Shown here one piece after another: positions 17,351 through 26,881 of a stretch of DNA of 51,796 nt. The position numbers and the translations under genes are program-made. Positions within the stretch are counted from its first letter, which is position 1. Every line of letters starts with the position of its first letter. The notes below the pieces were generated by a model. It made no database searches. It was not told the origin of the DNA and saw only the letters and a list, made by a program, of their open reading frames with translations. This stretch comes from an uncultured Pirellulaceae bacterium (GTDB lineage Bacteria; Planctomycetota; Planctomycetia; Pirellulales; Pirellulaceae), in contig CAZORR010000003.1 of assembly GCA_964582115.1 (NCBI GenBank), positions 1 to 51,796 on the forward strand, written 5' to 3'.

Positions 17351-20131
17351 ATGAATGTTTTTAGTCGGGCCTACGTCGACAGCCTATTTGCAGATTATCA
17401 ACAAGATCCGAAATCCTTGCCTGAGCAATGGCAACATTATTTCGCGAACTTCGACCCCGCGGCAGAGGAACTCAATTTTGAGACGCTGCCAACGTCTTCT
17501 GGCACTCCAGTAACTGCGGTTCACAACGCGGCGGTTTCACAGGACATTGCGATCCAGCAAGACCGCGTTGACCAATTGATTCGCGGTTACCGAGTTCGTG
17601 GGCACTTGAGTGCGCAAATTGACCCGCTTGGTCGCCAGCGCGAGATCAATAGCGAACTGTCGCTTGAGTCTTATGGTTTAACCGAAGCAGATTTCGAAAA
17701 GAGTTTTTCGGCACGGACGATTGACGGTGAGAATTTTCGACCGTTGAAAGACATTGTCCATTTGATGCAGCAGACTTACTGCCGCAGCATCGGTGCACAG
17801 TTCATGCACATCGACGACCATGTTGTACGTCAGTGGCTGACCACTCGTATGGAAGGCACTGCGAACCGAGTTCAACTTCATCGCAACACTCAATTGCGAA
17901 TCTTAACCAAACTAACCGATGCGGTCATCTTTGAAGAGTTCATGCGCCGGAAGTTCATGGGCGCCAAAACGTTTTCGCTGGAAGGAGCGGAAACACTAAT
18001 TCCCCTGTTGGACCTATCATTGGAAAAAGCTGGTGACCATGGCGTCAAGCAAGTCGTTTTAGGAATGGCGCACCGTGGACGTTTGAATGTTCTGGCCAAC
18101 ATCATGGGCAAGCGAGCCAAGAATATCTTCTGGGGCTTTGATGACCCCAATCCGGAAGAAAACCGAGGCCGTGGCGACGTGCTGTACCACTTGGGCTACA
18201 GTACCGACTGGACAACCAGCAAAAACAAAAACGTACACATCTCGCTCTGCTTCAACCCCAGCCACTTGGAGTTTGTAAACCCTGTCGCGATGGGACGCTG
18301 CCGAAGCAAGCAAGATCGCGCTAACGATGTCGACCACAATGAAACACTGACCGTCTTGATCCATGGCGACGCAGCGTTTGCGGGTGAAGGTGTCGTGCAG
18401 GAAACGCTCAACCTGAGCCAACTGAACGGTTACAAAGTTGGTGGCACGCTACATGTGATCGTCAACAACCAAGTCGGTTTTACTACCGATTCACACGATA
18501 GTCGTTCGACGACTTACGCGAGTGACGTTGCTAAGATGTTGCAGATTCCAATTTTCCATGTTAACGGTGAAGATCCCGAAGCCGTTGCTCAGGTAGTTAA
18601 TTTAGCAATGGAATTTCGCAAAGAATTCAATCGCGATGTCGTGATCGACATGTATTGCTACCGCCGTCACGGGCACAACGAAAGTGACGAACCCCGGTTT
18701 ACTCAACCGCAGATGTACCAGACGATCGACAACCGCCCGACCATTCGCGACAGCTACTTGAAGAGTCTATTGAGGCTCGATGGTGTGACCCAGGAAGAGG
18801 CTGATAAAATCGCGGACGCGCGGCGCGAAAAACTACAAAAGGAATTCGAAGCAATCAAAGAGACCGGATACGAGTCTGATAAGCAGACGCTTGCTGGTCT
18901 TTGGGATGGTTACTACGGCGGAAAAGAACGAACCGACGACGATATTGATACTGGGGTGGATCGAGCACTCTTGGAAGCCACGATTGCCAAAACGGCGAAT
19001 GTTCCTGACAGTTTTAACGTTCATCGTAAATTGGTCCGCCTGCTTGACCAACGAGTTCAATCATCAACGGGTCAACGAGACATCGACTGGGCGACCGCTG
19101 AACTGGCTGCGATGGGAACCTTGGCAATGCAAGGGCATCCGGTTCGTTTGTCGGGACAAGACTGCGGACGTGGAACGTTTAGCCAACGTCATGCAGTATT
19201 GCACGACATCAAAACCAACGAAATTTACACGCCACTCCAAAACCTAGACCCTAACCAAGCCAGTGTTGACGTAATTAATAGTCCGCTAAGTGAAGCTGGT
19301 GTGCTGGGGTTTGATTACGGTTACAGCTTGGACGCTCCTGATAGCTTGGTCATGTGGGAAGCTCAATTCGGTGACTTCTTTAATGCGGCTCAAGTCATCG
19401 TGGACCAATTCATTTGTAGTGCGGAAGACAAATGGCATCGCTTGAGCGGATTGACGATGTTGCTGCCGCACGGTTTTGAAGGGGCTGGGCCAGAGCACTG
19501 TAGTGCTAGGCTCGAGCGTTTCTTGACGTCGTCTGCGGAAGACAATTGCCAAATCGCCATTCCAACATCATCCTCACAGTATTTTCACTTACTACGTCGC
19601 CAAGTCGTTCGAAAGTGGCGTAAGCCGCTGATCGTATTTACGCCCAAGAGTTTGTTGCGAGAACCCTTTGTGGCGTCACCGATTGAAGAGTTCACTCAAG
19701 GCCGTTTTGAGCGTGTGCTACCCGATACGAAGGTGCAAGGTGATGCCGCGCCGGCTCGCGTGTTGTTGACCGCTGGGAAAATCGGTGTCGACCTTTTAAA
19801 GGCTCGTGAAAAAGAAGAGCGAGATGACTTTGCAGTGATTCGTGTCGAACAGCTTTATCCGTTACCGGCGAAGGAGATCGAGGCTTGCTTGAGTCAGTAT
19901 CCTTCCGGGACTCCGATTTACTGGGTTCAAGAAGAACCTCGCAATATGGGGGCTTGGTACTTCATGAAGGTCAAGTGGGACGAATACGGTTTGGAAGACA
20001 AGTGGCCGCTAAAGGGTATTTGCCGGCCCGAATCAGCGAGTCCCTCGACTGGTTCCAAAAAGACCCATGCGATGGAGCAAGGGGAATTAATGGACGAAGC
20101 GATGGGTGTAACCAGCAAAGTAAGCGTTTGA
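17351..20131 (+). CDS. sucA: 2-oxoglutarate dehydrogenase E1 component
   Basis: FSLEG, GMAHRGRLN, NPSHLE, HGDAAFAGEG, RRHGHNE, RLSGQD, WEAQFGDF, LLPHGFEG, WVQEEP. Confidence 0.97.
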   Translation: MNVFSRAYVDSLFADYQQDPKSLPEQWQHYFANFDPAAEELNFETLPTSSGTPVTAVHNAAVSQDIAIQQDRVDQLIRGYRVRGHLSAQIDPLGRQREINSELSLESYGLTEADFEKSFSARTIDGENFRPLKDIVHLMQQTYCRSIGAQFMHIDDHVVRQWLTTRMEGTANRVQLHRNTQLRILTKLTDAVIFEEFMRRKFMGAKTFSLEGAETLIPLLDLSLEKAGDHGVKQVVLGMAHRGRLNVLANIMGKRAKNIFWGFDDPNPEENRGRGDVLYHLGYSTDWTTSKNKNVHISLCFNPSHLEFVNPVAMGRCRSKQDRANDVDHNETLTVLIHGDAAFAGEGVVQETLNLSQLNGYKVGGTLHVIVNNQVGFTTDSHDSRSTTYASDVAKMLQIPIFHVNGEDPEAVAQVVNLAMEFRKEFNRDVVIDMYCYRRHGHNESDEPRFTQPQMYQTIDNRPTIRDSYLKSLLRLDGVTQEEADKIADARREKLQKEFEAIKETGYESDKQTLAGLWDGYYGGKERTDDDIDTGVDRALLEATIAKTANVPDSFNVHRKLVRLLDQRVQSSTGQRDIDWATAELAAMGTLAMQGHPVRLSGQDCGRGTFSQRHAVLHDIKTNEIYTPLQNLDPNQASVDVINSPLSEAGVLGFDYGYSLDAPDSLVMWEAQFGDFFNAAQVIVDQFICSAEDKWHRLSGLTMLLPHGFEGAGPEHCSARLERFLTSSAEDNCQIAIPTSSSQYFHLLRRQVVRKWRKPLIVFTPKSLLREPFVASPIEEFTQGRFERVLPDTKVQGDAAPARVLLTAGKIGVDLLKAREKEERDDFAVIRVEQLYPLPAKEIEACLSQYPSGTPIYWVQEEPRNMGAWYFMKVKWDEYGLEDKWPLKGICRPESASPSTGSKKTHAMEQGELMDEAMGVTSKVSV

Positions 20132-20155
20132 TGTTTTCGTTGTGCTGGCGATTTT

Positions 20156-20190
20156 AAAAACAGGATGGCTGGTGTGTGGGGCCAGCCATC
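20156..20190. terminator. possible terminator hairpin between convergent sucA and kinase genes
   Basis: GATGGCTGG (20164-72) pairs with CCAGCCATC (20182-90); the A-run at 20156-60 gives a U-tract on the minus strand. Confidence 0.45.
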
Positions 20191-20503
20191 TGGGGTGAAG
20201 TTTGTCGCTTATGTTCACCCATGTTTTCTTTTTGCCACATGCTTGCATCCGGTTATGACGATTGTCGGACTGAAAACCAGCAGCGCTTTCCGGGGAAAAT
20301 GGGCCCCTGGGAATTTTGGTTTTCTATTGTAATAGAACTAGCGATTTCTTTGACAATGGGCGAGTTCGACCTAGGTTTTTACAACGAGCCTGTTTGCGCT
20401 GGGGAGCGGCGAACAAGCTTAGGCGGTAAGGTTGGCCGGAAGCCACAAGGGGCCTTACCGCCATTTTCATGCGCTAATTTACGCGCCAGATCGCTAGCGT
20501 TCG

Positions 20504-20590
20504 AATTTCTTTGGCGGGACCCTCGGTGGCGCGCCATTGCTTGATGCGTCGCTGCAGCGTGCGTAGTTGTCCGTCTTGGAACCGGCCCGC
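20504..20590 (-). mobile_element. IS21-family transposase (IstA) remnant
   Basis: Manual minus-strand translation AGRFQDGQLRTLQRRIKQWRATEGPAKEI matches the IstA N-terminal LRTLQRR..WRA..GP.KE motif; no start codon, stop soon after. Confidence 0.75.
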
Positions 20591-20612
20591 GCAAGAAACG
20601 GGGTCAGGCTAC

Positions 20613-22922
20613 TTAGTTTTCTAATGTAGCTTGCCCCCTTTTTGATGCCCGCATGCTTTTCTGCATCAAGGTTACAAACATTCGATTTTCCGCCGTCAAA
20701 ATAATTGGATCGTCGCCACTGGTGTACACTTTTTCAACCATTTTCCTGACCTGTGTAATCGTCTTGCCACGGACAAGAATTGGCTTGACCAAAGGTAGGT
20801 TCACGTTTCCGCTTTCGTCAACGAGGATTGGAGTACCAGTCGATAGGAGAATGTTGCTGGCTTTGTTAGGAAGATGGATAGGTGGACTTTCATCTAGCGC
20901 CCCTAACACGCCTTCGACATATACACCAAGGACATCCCCATTTTTAACGAGGTAAGGAGAGCCTGAATCGTCACCTTTCTGCCACAAGTAGAGGGAAATC
21001 AAAAGCTCTTTGGGAAGAATGGGAGTGTCTCCTGCCTTATAGGCCGCGACAAGCAATTTCCGCGCTTCGTCGACCGTTTTGCCTTTCACTAAAATTGGTT
21101 TAATCAATGGCAAAGCAATATTTCCGTCGTCATCTACAAAGATCGGATATCCAGCCACAGCCGGCAATCCACTTTCGGAACTAGGAAAGTGAACCGGTGG
21201 CATTGAATCCAAATCCCCCAAAACACCCTCCACAAAAACTCCCAAGACATCGCCCACACCGATACGATGGGACTGCGCGTCAACCTTTAATGGTTGCTGC
21301 TGTTCAATTTCATCAGATTCTGCACTGGATAATAGTTGCCCCTTCACAGCCTCACTTTGCGTGATGGTTACGATTTCCTTCTGACCGCGTTTCAATGTGA
21401 GTTGTTTGTTGGCGATGCTGACGGAATTTTGATCACCCAGAGGACGAATCTCATAAACCCCAGCTTTGACGACGATAGATTGCTCGGTCGAAAGATCGAC
21501 AACGCGCACTTGGGACCCGTTTTGTAAAATTTCAATCTGAACGTCATCGACTTGGCTTTCGATTTCGATTGTGCCTTGATTGGTTACGATTTTGGTAATG
21601 TCAGGGGCAAAGAGGAACCCAACAGTTCCCAACGTCAAAAGGGTCAACAGCGCCGCTGCTAATTTCCAATTCCTGACTGACGAATTGCGTTTTGCCTGAG
21701 GCTTTGCGACGTGAGGCGCGGAAAGTGAAACCTCGAAAGGCCAATCGCTTCTGTCTGAGGTCAATGCGACCACGACCGAACTTGCGTTAGGCGGGCGTCG
21801 GTCGGGTGATTTTTCCAAAAGACACAAAACCAGATCAGAAAGATCGCCTGAAATTGATGAGTCTATTTCTTGCAGAGCCACGGGCTGATCGCGTTGAATG
21901 GACTGCAGTGTCGAAAGGGCGTTGTCTGATCGAAATGGCAACCGGCCAGCAAGCGACTGGTACAGCACACAGCCGAGACTAAATAAATCACTACGCCCGT
22001 CCAGTTGTTGACCGCGGCTTTGCTCTGGCGACATGTAGCATGGCGTGCCGGCAATAATCCCCGTACACGTTAACTGAGGATCTTCATCGGTGATTCGAAC
22101 CAGCCCAAAATCGAGCACCTTGCAAGCAGCAACGCCATGTTCATCCGGAATCCAGACGTTGGCTGGTTTAATATCGCGATGGATTAAGCCACATTGATGA
22201 GCATGAGCCAAAGCCTCTGCGAGCTGTGTACCTAGTTGCCGCGTCTGTTGGACAGGCAATTGGTTCTGTTGAGCCAAAAGTTGTTCAAGTGTTTGCCCCG
22301 GTTCCCACTTCATGGAAATGTATGCCAATGGGCCTTCGATTCCAACTTCGTAGATCGTGACGATATTGGGATGGGAAAGCATAGCGGTCGCTTTGGCTTC
22401 AGCCATAAATCGCTGACGCGCCAATTCCCCCAAGGAAGGACGCAGGATCTTGATCGCAACGGCGCGATCAAGATCATCATCGATCGCATGATAGACAACG
22501 CCCGTGCTGCCCGCGCCAAGAATCTCAAGAACGCGATACTTTCCAATTCTCCCCAAATCGCCTTCAATGGTGGGTCGCTCCATTACGCGCTGGACTTCGG
22601 CCGCCCGGTCTTGAAGCACTCTCTCTTTGGACGGCGTGTCGAATAGAGAGTGCCCCGAAAGTTCACCCAACCGGTTGATAAGTTCGTCGACAACTTGAGC
22701 TTCGTCTTGTCCGCCGTTTCTTTCGGTCGACGCTATCCATGCGTCACGCGCAAGCCCGTCGAGCGTGTCGTCATCTGTTTTGAGACCATGAATCGTGTCG
22801 ACGCATGGGGCGCAGTTAGCAATGTGCCGTTGGCAGTCTTCGATTTCAGACGCGCCGAGTTTCCCCAATAGGAAGTCAACTAACGTTTGCGAATCTGGAC
22901 AGTTCGAAAGTTTCTGTGACAT
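20613..22922 (-). CDS. membrane Ser/Thr protein kinase with N-terminal zinc-finger anti-sigma motif and two C-terminal Wza-like polysaccharide export domains
   Basis: HIANCAPC (HxxxCxxC); LGAGSTGVVY, VAIK, HRDIKPAN, DFG, YMSPE; one TM; two GDVLGV.VEGVLG...G.PI.VD..GN..LPL.KPILV.GKT repeats. Confidence 0.9.
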   Translation of the reverse strand: MSQKLSNCPDSQTLVDFLLGKLGASEIEDCQRHIANCAPCVDTIHGLKTDDDTLDGLARDAWIASTERNGGQDEAQVVDELINRLGELSGHSLFDTPSKERVLQDRAAEVQRVMERPTIEGDLGRIGKYRVLEILGAGSTGVVYHAIDDDLDRAVAIKILRPSLGELARQRFMAEAKATAMLSHPNIVTIYEVGIEGPLAYISMKWEPGQTLEQLLAQQNQLPVQQTRQLGTQLAEALAHAHQCGLIHRDIKPANVWIPDEHGVAACKVLDFGLVRITDEDPQLTCTGIIAGTPCYMSPEQSRGQQLDGRSDLFSLGCVLYQSLAGRLPFRSDNALSTLQSIQRDQPVALQEIDSSISGDLSDLVLCLLEKSPDRRPPNASSVVVALTSDRSDWPFEVSLSAPHVAKPQAKRNSSVRNWKLAAALLTLLTLGTVGFLFAPDITKIVTNQGTIEIESQVDDVQIEILQNGSQVRVVDLSTEQSIVVKAGVYEIRPLGDQNSVSIANKQLTLKRGQKEIVTITQSEAVKGQLLSSAESDEIEQQQPLKVDAQSHRIGVGDVLGVFVEGVLGDLDSMPPVHFPSSESGLPAVAGYPIFVDDDGNIALPLIKPILVKGKTVDEARKLLVAAYKAGDTPILPKELLISLYLWQKGDDSGSPYLVKNGDVLGVYVEGVLGALDESPPIHLPNKASNILLSTGTPILVDESGNVNLPLVKPILVRGKTITQVRKMVEKVYTSGDDPIILTAENRMFVTLMQKSMRASKRGQATLEN

Positions 22923-23089
22923 CTTTACCTCGCGTTTCAGTGGGATGGCTGTGTTTCTAGCGTAGGGTATGCGCGCGAATCGCGAAATTTGTATCCTCTG
23001 AACCCGATTTTTCTAAGAAATAGAAGAAAGCTAATGAAATCCCTTGAAAGTGATCAAAAAAACATCAGCCACCAAATGCTTGACGACCG

Positions 23090-23659
23090 TCAATCCAGCA
23101 GGCCATCAAGTTCTTCTCTCAGTCGTACCATCAGCCGCGACTTAGAAGAATAGATCGTCCAGACGCTCACCCCAAACTCGTCAGCGACCTCTTTTGCAGA
23201 CCGCCCCGACAGGGCATACTCCTGTAACGCACGCCAAGTGTTCGGTTGAAACTCTGGGGCCAACAACTCCATGGCGCGAGCAACAAGAGACGCTTGGTAC
23301 TCTAAATCCCACGTCGATTCAGCCAACGACGAAGGTTGAGCAACCTTGCCCCATGCGGATTGAGTAACGTCGATGGCACCAAGTGACTTTTTCCGGCACC
23401 ATTGGCGGTATTTGTTCAACGTCACCGTACGCAGCCAAGACCGAAAGCTCTTGTTTCTGTCGTACTCGAAAGCAGGCAGTTTTTGAAAAACGAGCATTAA
23501 GACGTCTTGCGCAAGATCAGCTGCGTCTGGAGATTGGAGTCCCAAGCGGCGAGCCCAATGATACAACAGCGGGGTGTAGAGCTCTACAAATCGACACCAT
23601 GCCTGTTGGTCTTGGGACGATTTAAGTTTGAGAAGAAGACTCTCTGAGGTCGTATACAT
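23090..23659 (-). CDS. ECF sigma-70 factor, kinase-associated type
   Basis: TSESLL..L...DQQAW.RFVELY.P, DAADLAQDV, SFRSWL, sigma4 HTH AKEVADEFGVS; immediately upstream of the kinase gene. Confidence 0.92.
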   Translation of the reverse strand: MYTTSESLLLKLKSSQDQQAWCRFVELYTPLLYHWARRLGLQSPDAADLAQDVLMLVFQKLPAFEYDRNKSFRSWLRTVTLNKYRQWCRKKSLGAIDVTQSAWGKVAQPSSLAESTWDLEYQASLVARAMELLAPEFQPNTWRALQEYALSGRSAKEVADEFGVSVWTIYSSKSRLMVRLREELDGLLD

Positions 23660-23799
23660 TTCTTTCACCTGCAAGTTGAAGGAAAATAGTATAACTCAGT
23701 CATTCAATGACGCGCTGCTTCCAAGACAAATAATCTTTGTTGCCGCCAGTGACGAATAAGGAGACAGGTCCAATTAATTGAAAACTGAACATGTTGAAG

Positions 23800-23879
23800 G
23801 AACACTAATCTTCTCTGATCGACACTAATCCGCGTTTTGGATCATTTCTATTAGTGCGGATTAGTGGCGATTAGTGTTC
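23800..23879. repeat. 80-bp palindromic element built from 10-bp CACTAATC units
   Basis: GAACACTAATC...GATTAGTGTTC perfect 11-bp terminal inverted repeat; internal CACTAATCCGC/GCGGATTAGTG inverted repeat; three 10-bp-spaced units per arm. Confidence 0.75.
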
Positions 23880-25030
23880 TCAATTTCTGTGGGCGCTGGG
23901 GATGACGAGGACAGGGAAATGGCTACCGCTTCCACGGGGGCGTGCAATCAATGCGAATCCGTATCGGCTGCTCCGGGTAGTGATAGCTGTGAAGCAGGGT
24001 CAGCTAAAAAAACTGTGGTTGCTCTTTATGCAGGAACAGGAAAGCTGTCGAGCCAAGCCCTTGTGCTGGAAGCCATAAAACACTGTTTTACGCCAACGAT
24101 TTTAGTTACCTAAGCAAGAAAGAGATTGATACCAATTGCTTGGGCGATGGTCTCAAAAACCGGAAGGTTGGTAAGTTTGGCACGCTCAGTCTCGGTGGGC
24201 AAATGCGTTGGCGCTACCAAAACGAACAAGGCATGGGGCAGCAGGCTGTTTGACAACTTTAAAGTTGATACGTGGTATACCCAGTTTGTGCCAGTTAATC
24301 CAAGCGAGTTCGACAACCCCGACGAAGATCGCCATTTCTGGGGGCCTATTTGACCATGACTGAATTGGAAAACAAAACGCTCGAGTTGTACTATATCGGA
24401 TTGAATGACAACCGTGGCGTTGATGGCATCGAAGCAGTCCACACCTTTGGGTCTCGCCTGCAAGGTAAAACTCAAAATAAGTTGTTGTATGAATTTGAAG
24501 GGGTGGTTCAAAATGGTAGTTTTGATTTAACCGATCAAAGTTTAACTGCATGGGCGTTGACGGGTGGCCTTGGGTATCAATTTGCGGAGCGAAACTGGAA
24601 GCCAACTTTGTGGTTTTTCTACGACTACGCAACTGGCGATGATCCGGACAGTGGAAACTTCACTCGCTTCAATGACTTGTTCCCACTTGGTCATAAGTAT
24701 CTTGGGTTCATTGATGCGGTTCAACGTCGCAATATTTTGTTTCCCAATGTTCGCTTGGCGATGTCTCCAACTAAGAAGTTAGGGCTATTGCTGTGGTACC
24801 ACAATTTTCGAGCTGCTGAGTCGGGCGACACGATTCTGTCTCTTGGTGGTACACCCGATCAGGACACGAATTCGTCTGACTTCGGAAATGAGCTAGACTT
24901 CGTTGCGACCTACAAAGTTAATGCTCGCAACACCGCTGTTATTGGTTACTCGCACTTTTGGCGAGGTGATCGAATCATTGGCGATACCGACGCGGATTTC
25001 GCGTACTTGCAGTGGGCGACTAACTTCTAG
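23874..25030 (+). pseudogene. disrupted alginate-export-family (AlgE-like) outer-membrane beta-barrel gene
   Basis: Four fragments in alternating frames: ..CEAGSAKK | NCGC..PCAGSHKTLFYANDFSYL..GGQMRWRY..GMGQQ | FKVDTWYTQFVPV..HFWG | AYLTM..YDYATGD..FNDLFPLGHKYLGFID..YLQWATNF; breaks at A7 (24006-12), about 24250, and G5 (24340-44). Confidence 0.8.
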
Positions 25031-25048
25031 GCAACGGTAAAACCAGGC

Positions 25049-26284
25049 CTAGCTGGCGACAGGAATCGCAGCGTCGTACATGACTTGATTAGCGATTGCT
25101 GGGCAAGCTGTTGACGAATCTTTCATCCACTGGTCTAACGCCGGCATATTGCTGGAGAGCTTGCTGTAGACTTCGACGGTTTGGCGAATCACTTCCCGTT
25201 CGTCAAAGGTTGTCTCGGCGATCTCGCGACTGGCTTGTCCCATTCGTTCGCGAAGCTTTTCGTCTTCAATCAACTTTATCATCGCATCGGCGAGCATTTC
25301 TGGGTTGTGAGATTCAACCAAGAATCCATTGATGGAGTCGCGAACGACATTACGGCAACCAGGAACATCGGTTGTCACGAGTGGGCGCCCCACGGCCATC
25401 GCTTCCAGGAGCGATCTAGGAGTGCCTTCACGGTAGCTAGGTAAAACGACAATATCTGCTGTGGCTAGTTTGTCTCGAACATCGTCTAGTTTGCCGGACC
25501 AGTCCACCAAACCTTCTTGCTTCCACTGTGCCAGATCTTCAGCGGTTGCACTAGAACGGTTACCGATATCAAAGTCACCACACATGTGCATTTCAAACGG
25601 AACATTTTGGCTTCGCATCTCTCGAACGGAGTCCATCAACTCGAAGACGCCTTTTTCTTTCAAAAATCGACCAACGAACAAGACGTTCACTGGCGAGTCA
25701 GAAAGTTGGTTTCTCTTTGGCTGCTCTGTAAAATGTTCTAAGTCAACGCCAGAACCGTTGGTGATGATCGCATTTTCTTTAACACCGGGTGCAAACGAGC
25801 TCAGCAGCGCTAGGTCGTCTTGGTTTTGAAGGATCGTGGCGTTTTCCTTGCCAGAAACCGCCCAGCCATACCAACGCATGGCAACCCAACGAGCCATTCG
25901 TTTTAGGATGCCTTTTTTCGGTGAAACGATGATATAAGGCAGGCCTGTGATGCTATTGACGATTCCCTTGATACCACACAATCGAGCCGCGGTGGTCCCA
26001 TACAGGACTGCTTTGACGGTGTAGTGGTGGACCAAGTCAGGTTTGATTTCTTGATATATTTTTTGCAGGCGATGAATGGAAATCAGTTCTTGCGCCGGGT
26101 TCATACTGCGACGCTCGATTATCCACGGATGGAATTTCACCCCTAACTCCGTAAGTTTCTGCTCTGTGCCGTCTGGCGGCGCGATTGCATGGACTTCAAT
26201 GCCCATGTCTAGCAAAGCCATGATGTGCTTTAGCCGGAAGTGGGCGAGATTCCACGCAGTGTTAGAGGTTAGGCAGATGATCAT
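25049..26284 (-). CDS. glycosyltransferase family 4 (CapM-like)
   Basis: SNTAWN..FR, PDLVHHYTVK, GSGVDL, FVGRFLKEKG, VLPSYREGTPRSLLEAMA; start placed at ATG 26284. Confidence 0.92.
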   Translation of the reverse strand: MIICLTSNTAWNLAHFRLKHIMALLDMGIEVHAIAPPDGTEQKLTELGVKFHPWIIERRSMNPAQELISIHRLQKIYQEIKPDLVHHYTVKAVLYGTTAARLCGIKGIVNSITGLPYIIVSPKKGILKRMARWVAMRWYGWAVSGKENATILQNQDDLALLSSFAPGVKENAIITNGSGVDLEHFTEQPKRNQLSDSPVNVLFVGRFLKEKGVFELMDSVREMRSQNVPFEMHMCGDFDIGNRSSATAEDLAQWKQEGLVDWSGKLDDVRDKLATADIVVLPSYREGTPRSLLEAMAVGRPLVTTDVPGCRNVVRDSINGFLVESHNPEMLADAMIKLIEDEKLRERMGQASREIAETTFDEREVIRQTVEVYSKLSSNMPALDQWMKDSSTACPAIANQVMYDAAIPVAS

Positions 26285-26881
26285 ATTTGGATAATGAGGA
26301 GGAGTGCTACGTAAGTTAGCTGTGGGGCAGAAAACACGGCCCACCGCCCACTTCGCGTACAACTGGTGTGCTGTGGGATTTACTGAAACCTAGCATGCTG
26401 TTAATGCTCTTAACGCGAAAAGCCAACTCATTCGTTGTAGCTTTACTGGCCAAGGTACCGGTAATAGTGATCAACCGGATTTAATGTAGGTGCATGCGCT
26501 GTTTGTAATGATTAGTGCAGCGGTAACCATTGTTTGAAGAAACCAAGGGGCGATAGTTGAGCCCAGTTGGTGACAATACCCGTGTTCAGGCGGGGATATG
26601 GACTGGTAGAAAAGTGATGCATGTGGAATCCTTTCAAATGATCAAGTGGCAAGTAAATTTTGATTCCATCCGTTAAATAAATGCTCTTAAGCAGTCTGGG
26701 TGCTTTATAAGCGGTAGGTAGATTACAAAAAAGACTGACTTTCCTAGAATCTCAATTTTACGTCACGAGACTGCTAGCGATTTTCGAACTGGAGACAAAG
26801 AAAATTGTCTAAACAAGCCAGTAGTACTTGACGGACTCGAGCCAGTACAGTCTTGGCCGGTAAATTACTTGTCCAAAGGGC

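Noticed and set aside
20422..20462. GGAA-looped hairpin as SRP RNA or tRNA
   Set aside because: Lacks the SRP CAGG...GGAA..AGCAG internal loop and any cloverleaf or TTCGA arm.
20176..20544. 122-aa plus-strand ORF after sucA and 71-aa minus-strand ORF 20379-20594
   Set aside because: No protein-like features; the region is better explained by hairpins and an IstA fragment in another frame.
23800..23879. CACTAATC units as a CRISPR array
   Set aside because: Units are 10 bp, inverted and without spacers; no cas genes.
24006..24344. Phase variation or programmed frameshifting of the porin gene at homopolymers
   Set aside because: The runs are short, and the additional internal deletion and missing signal peptide could not be reversed by slippage.
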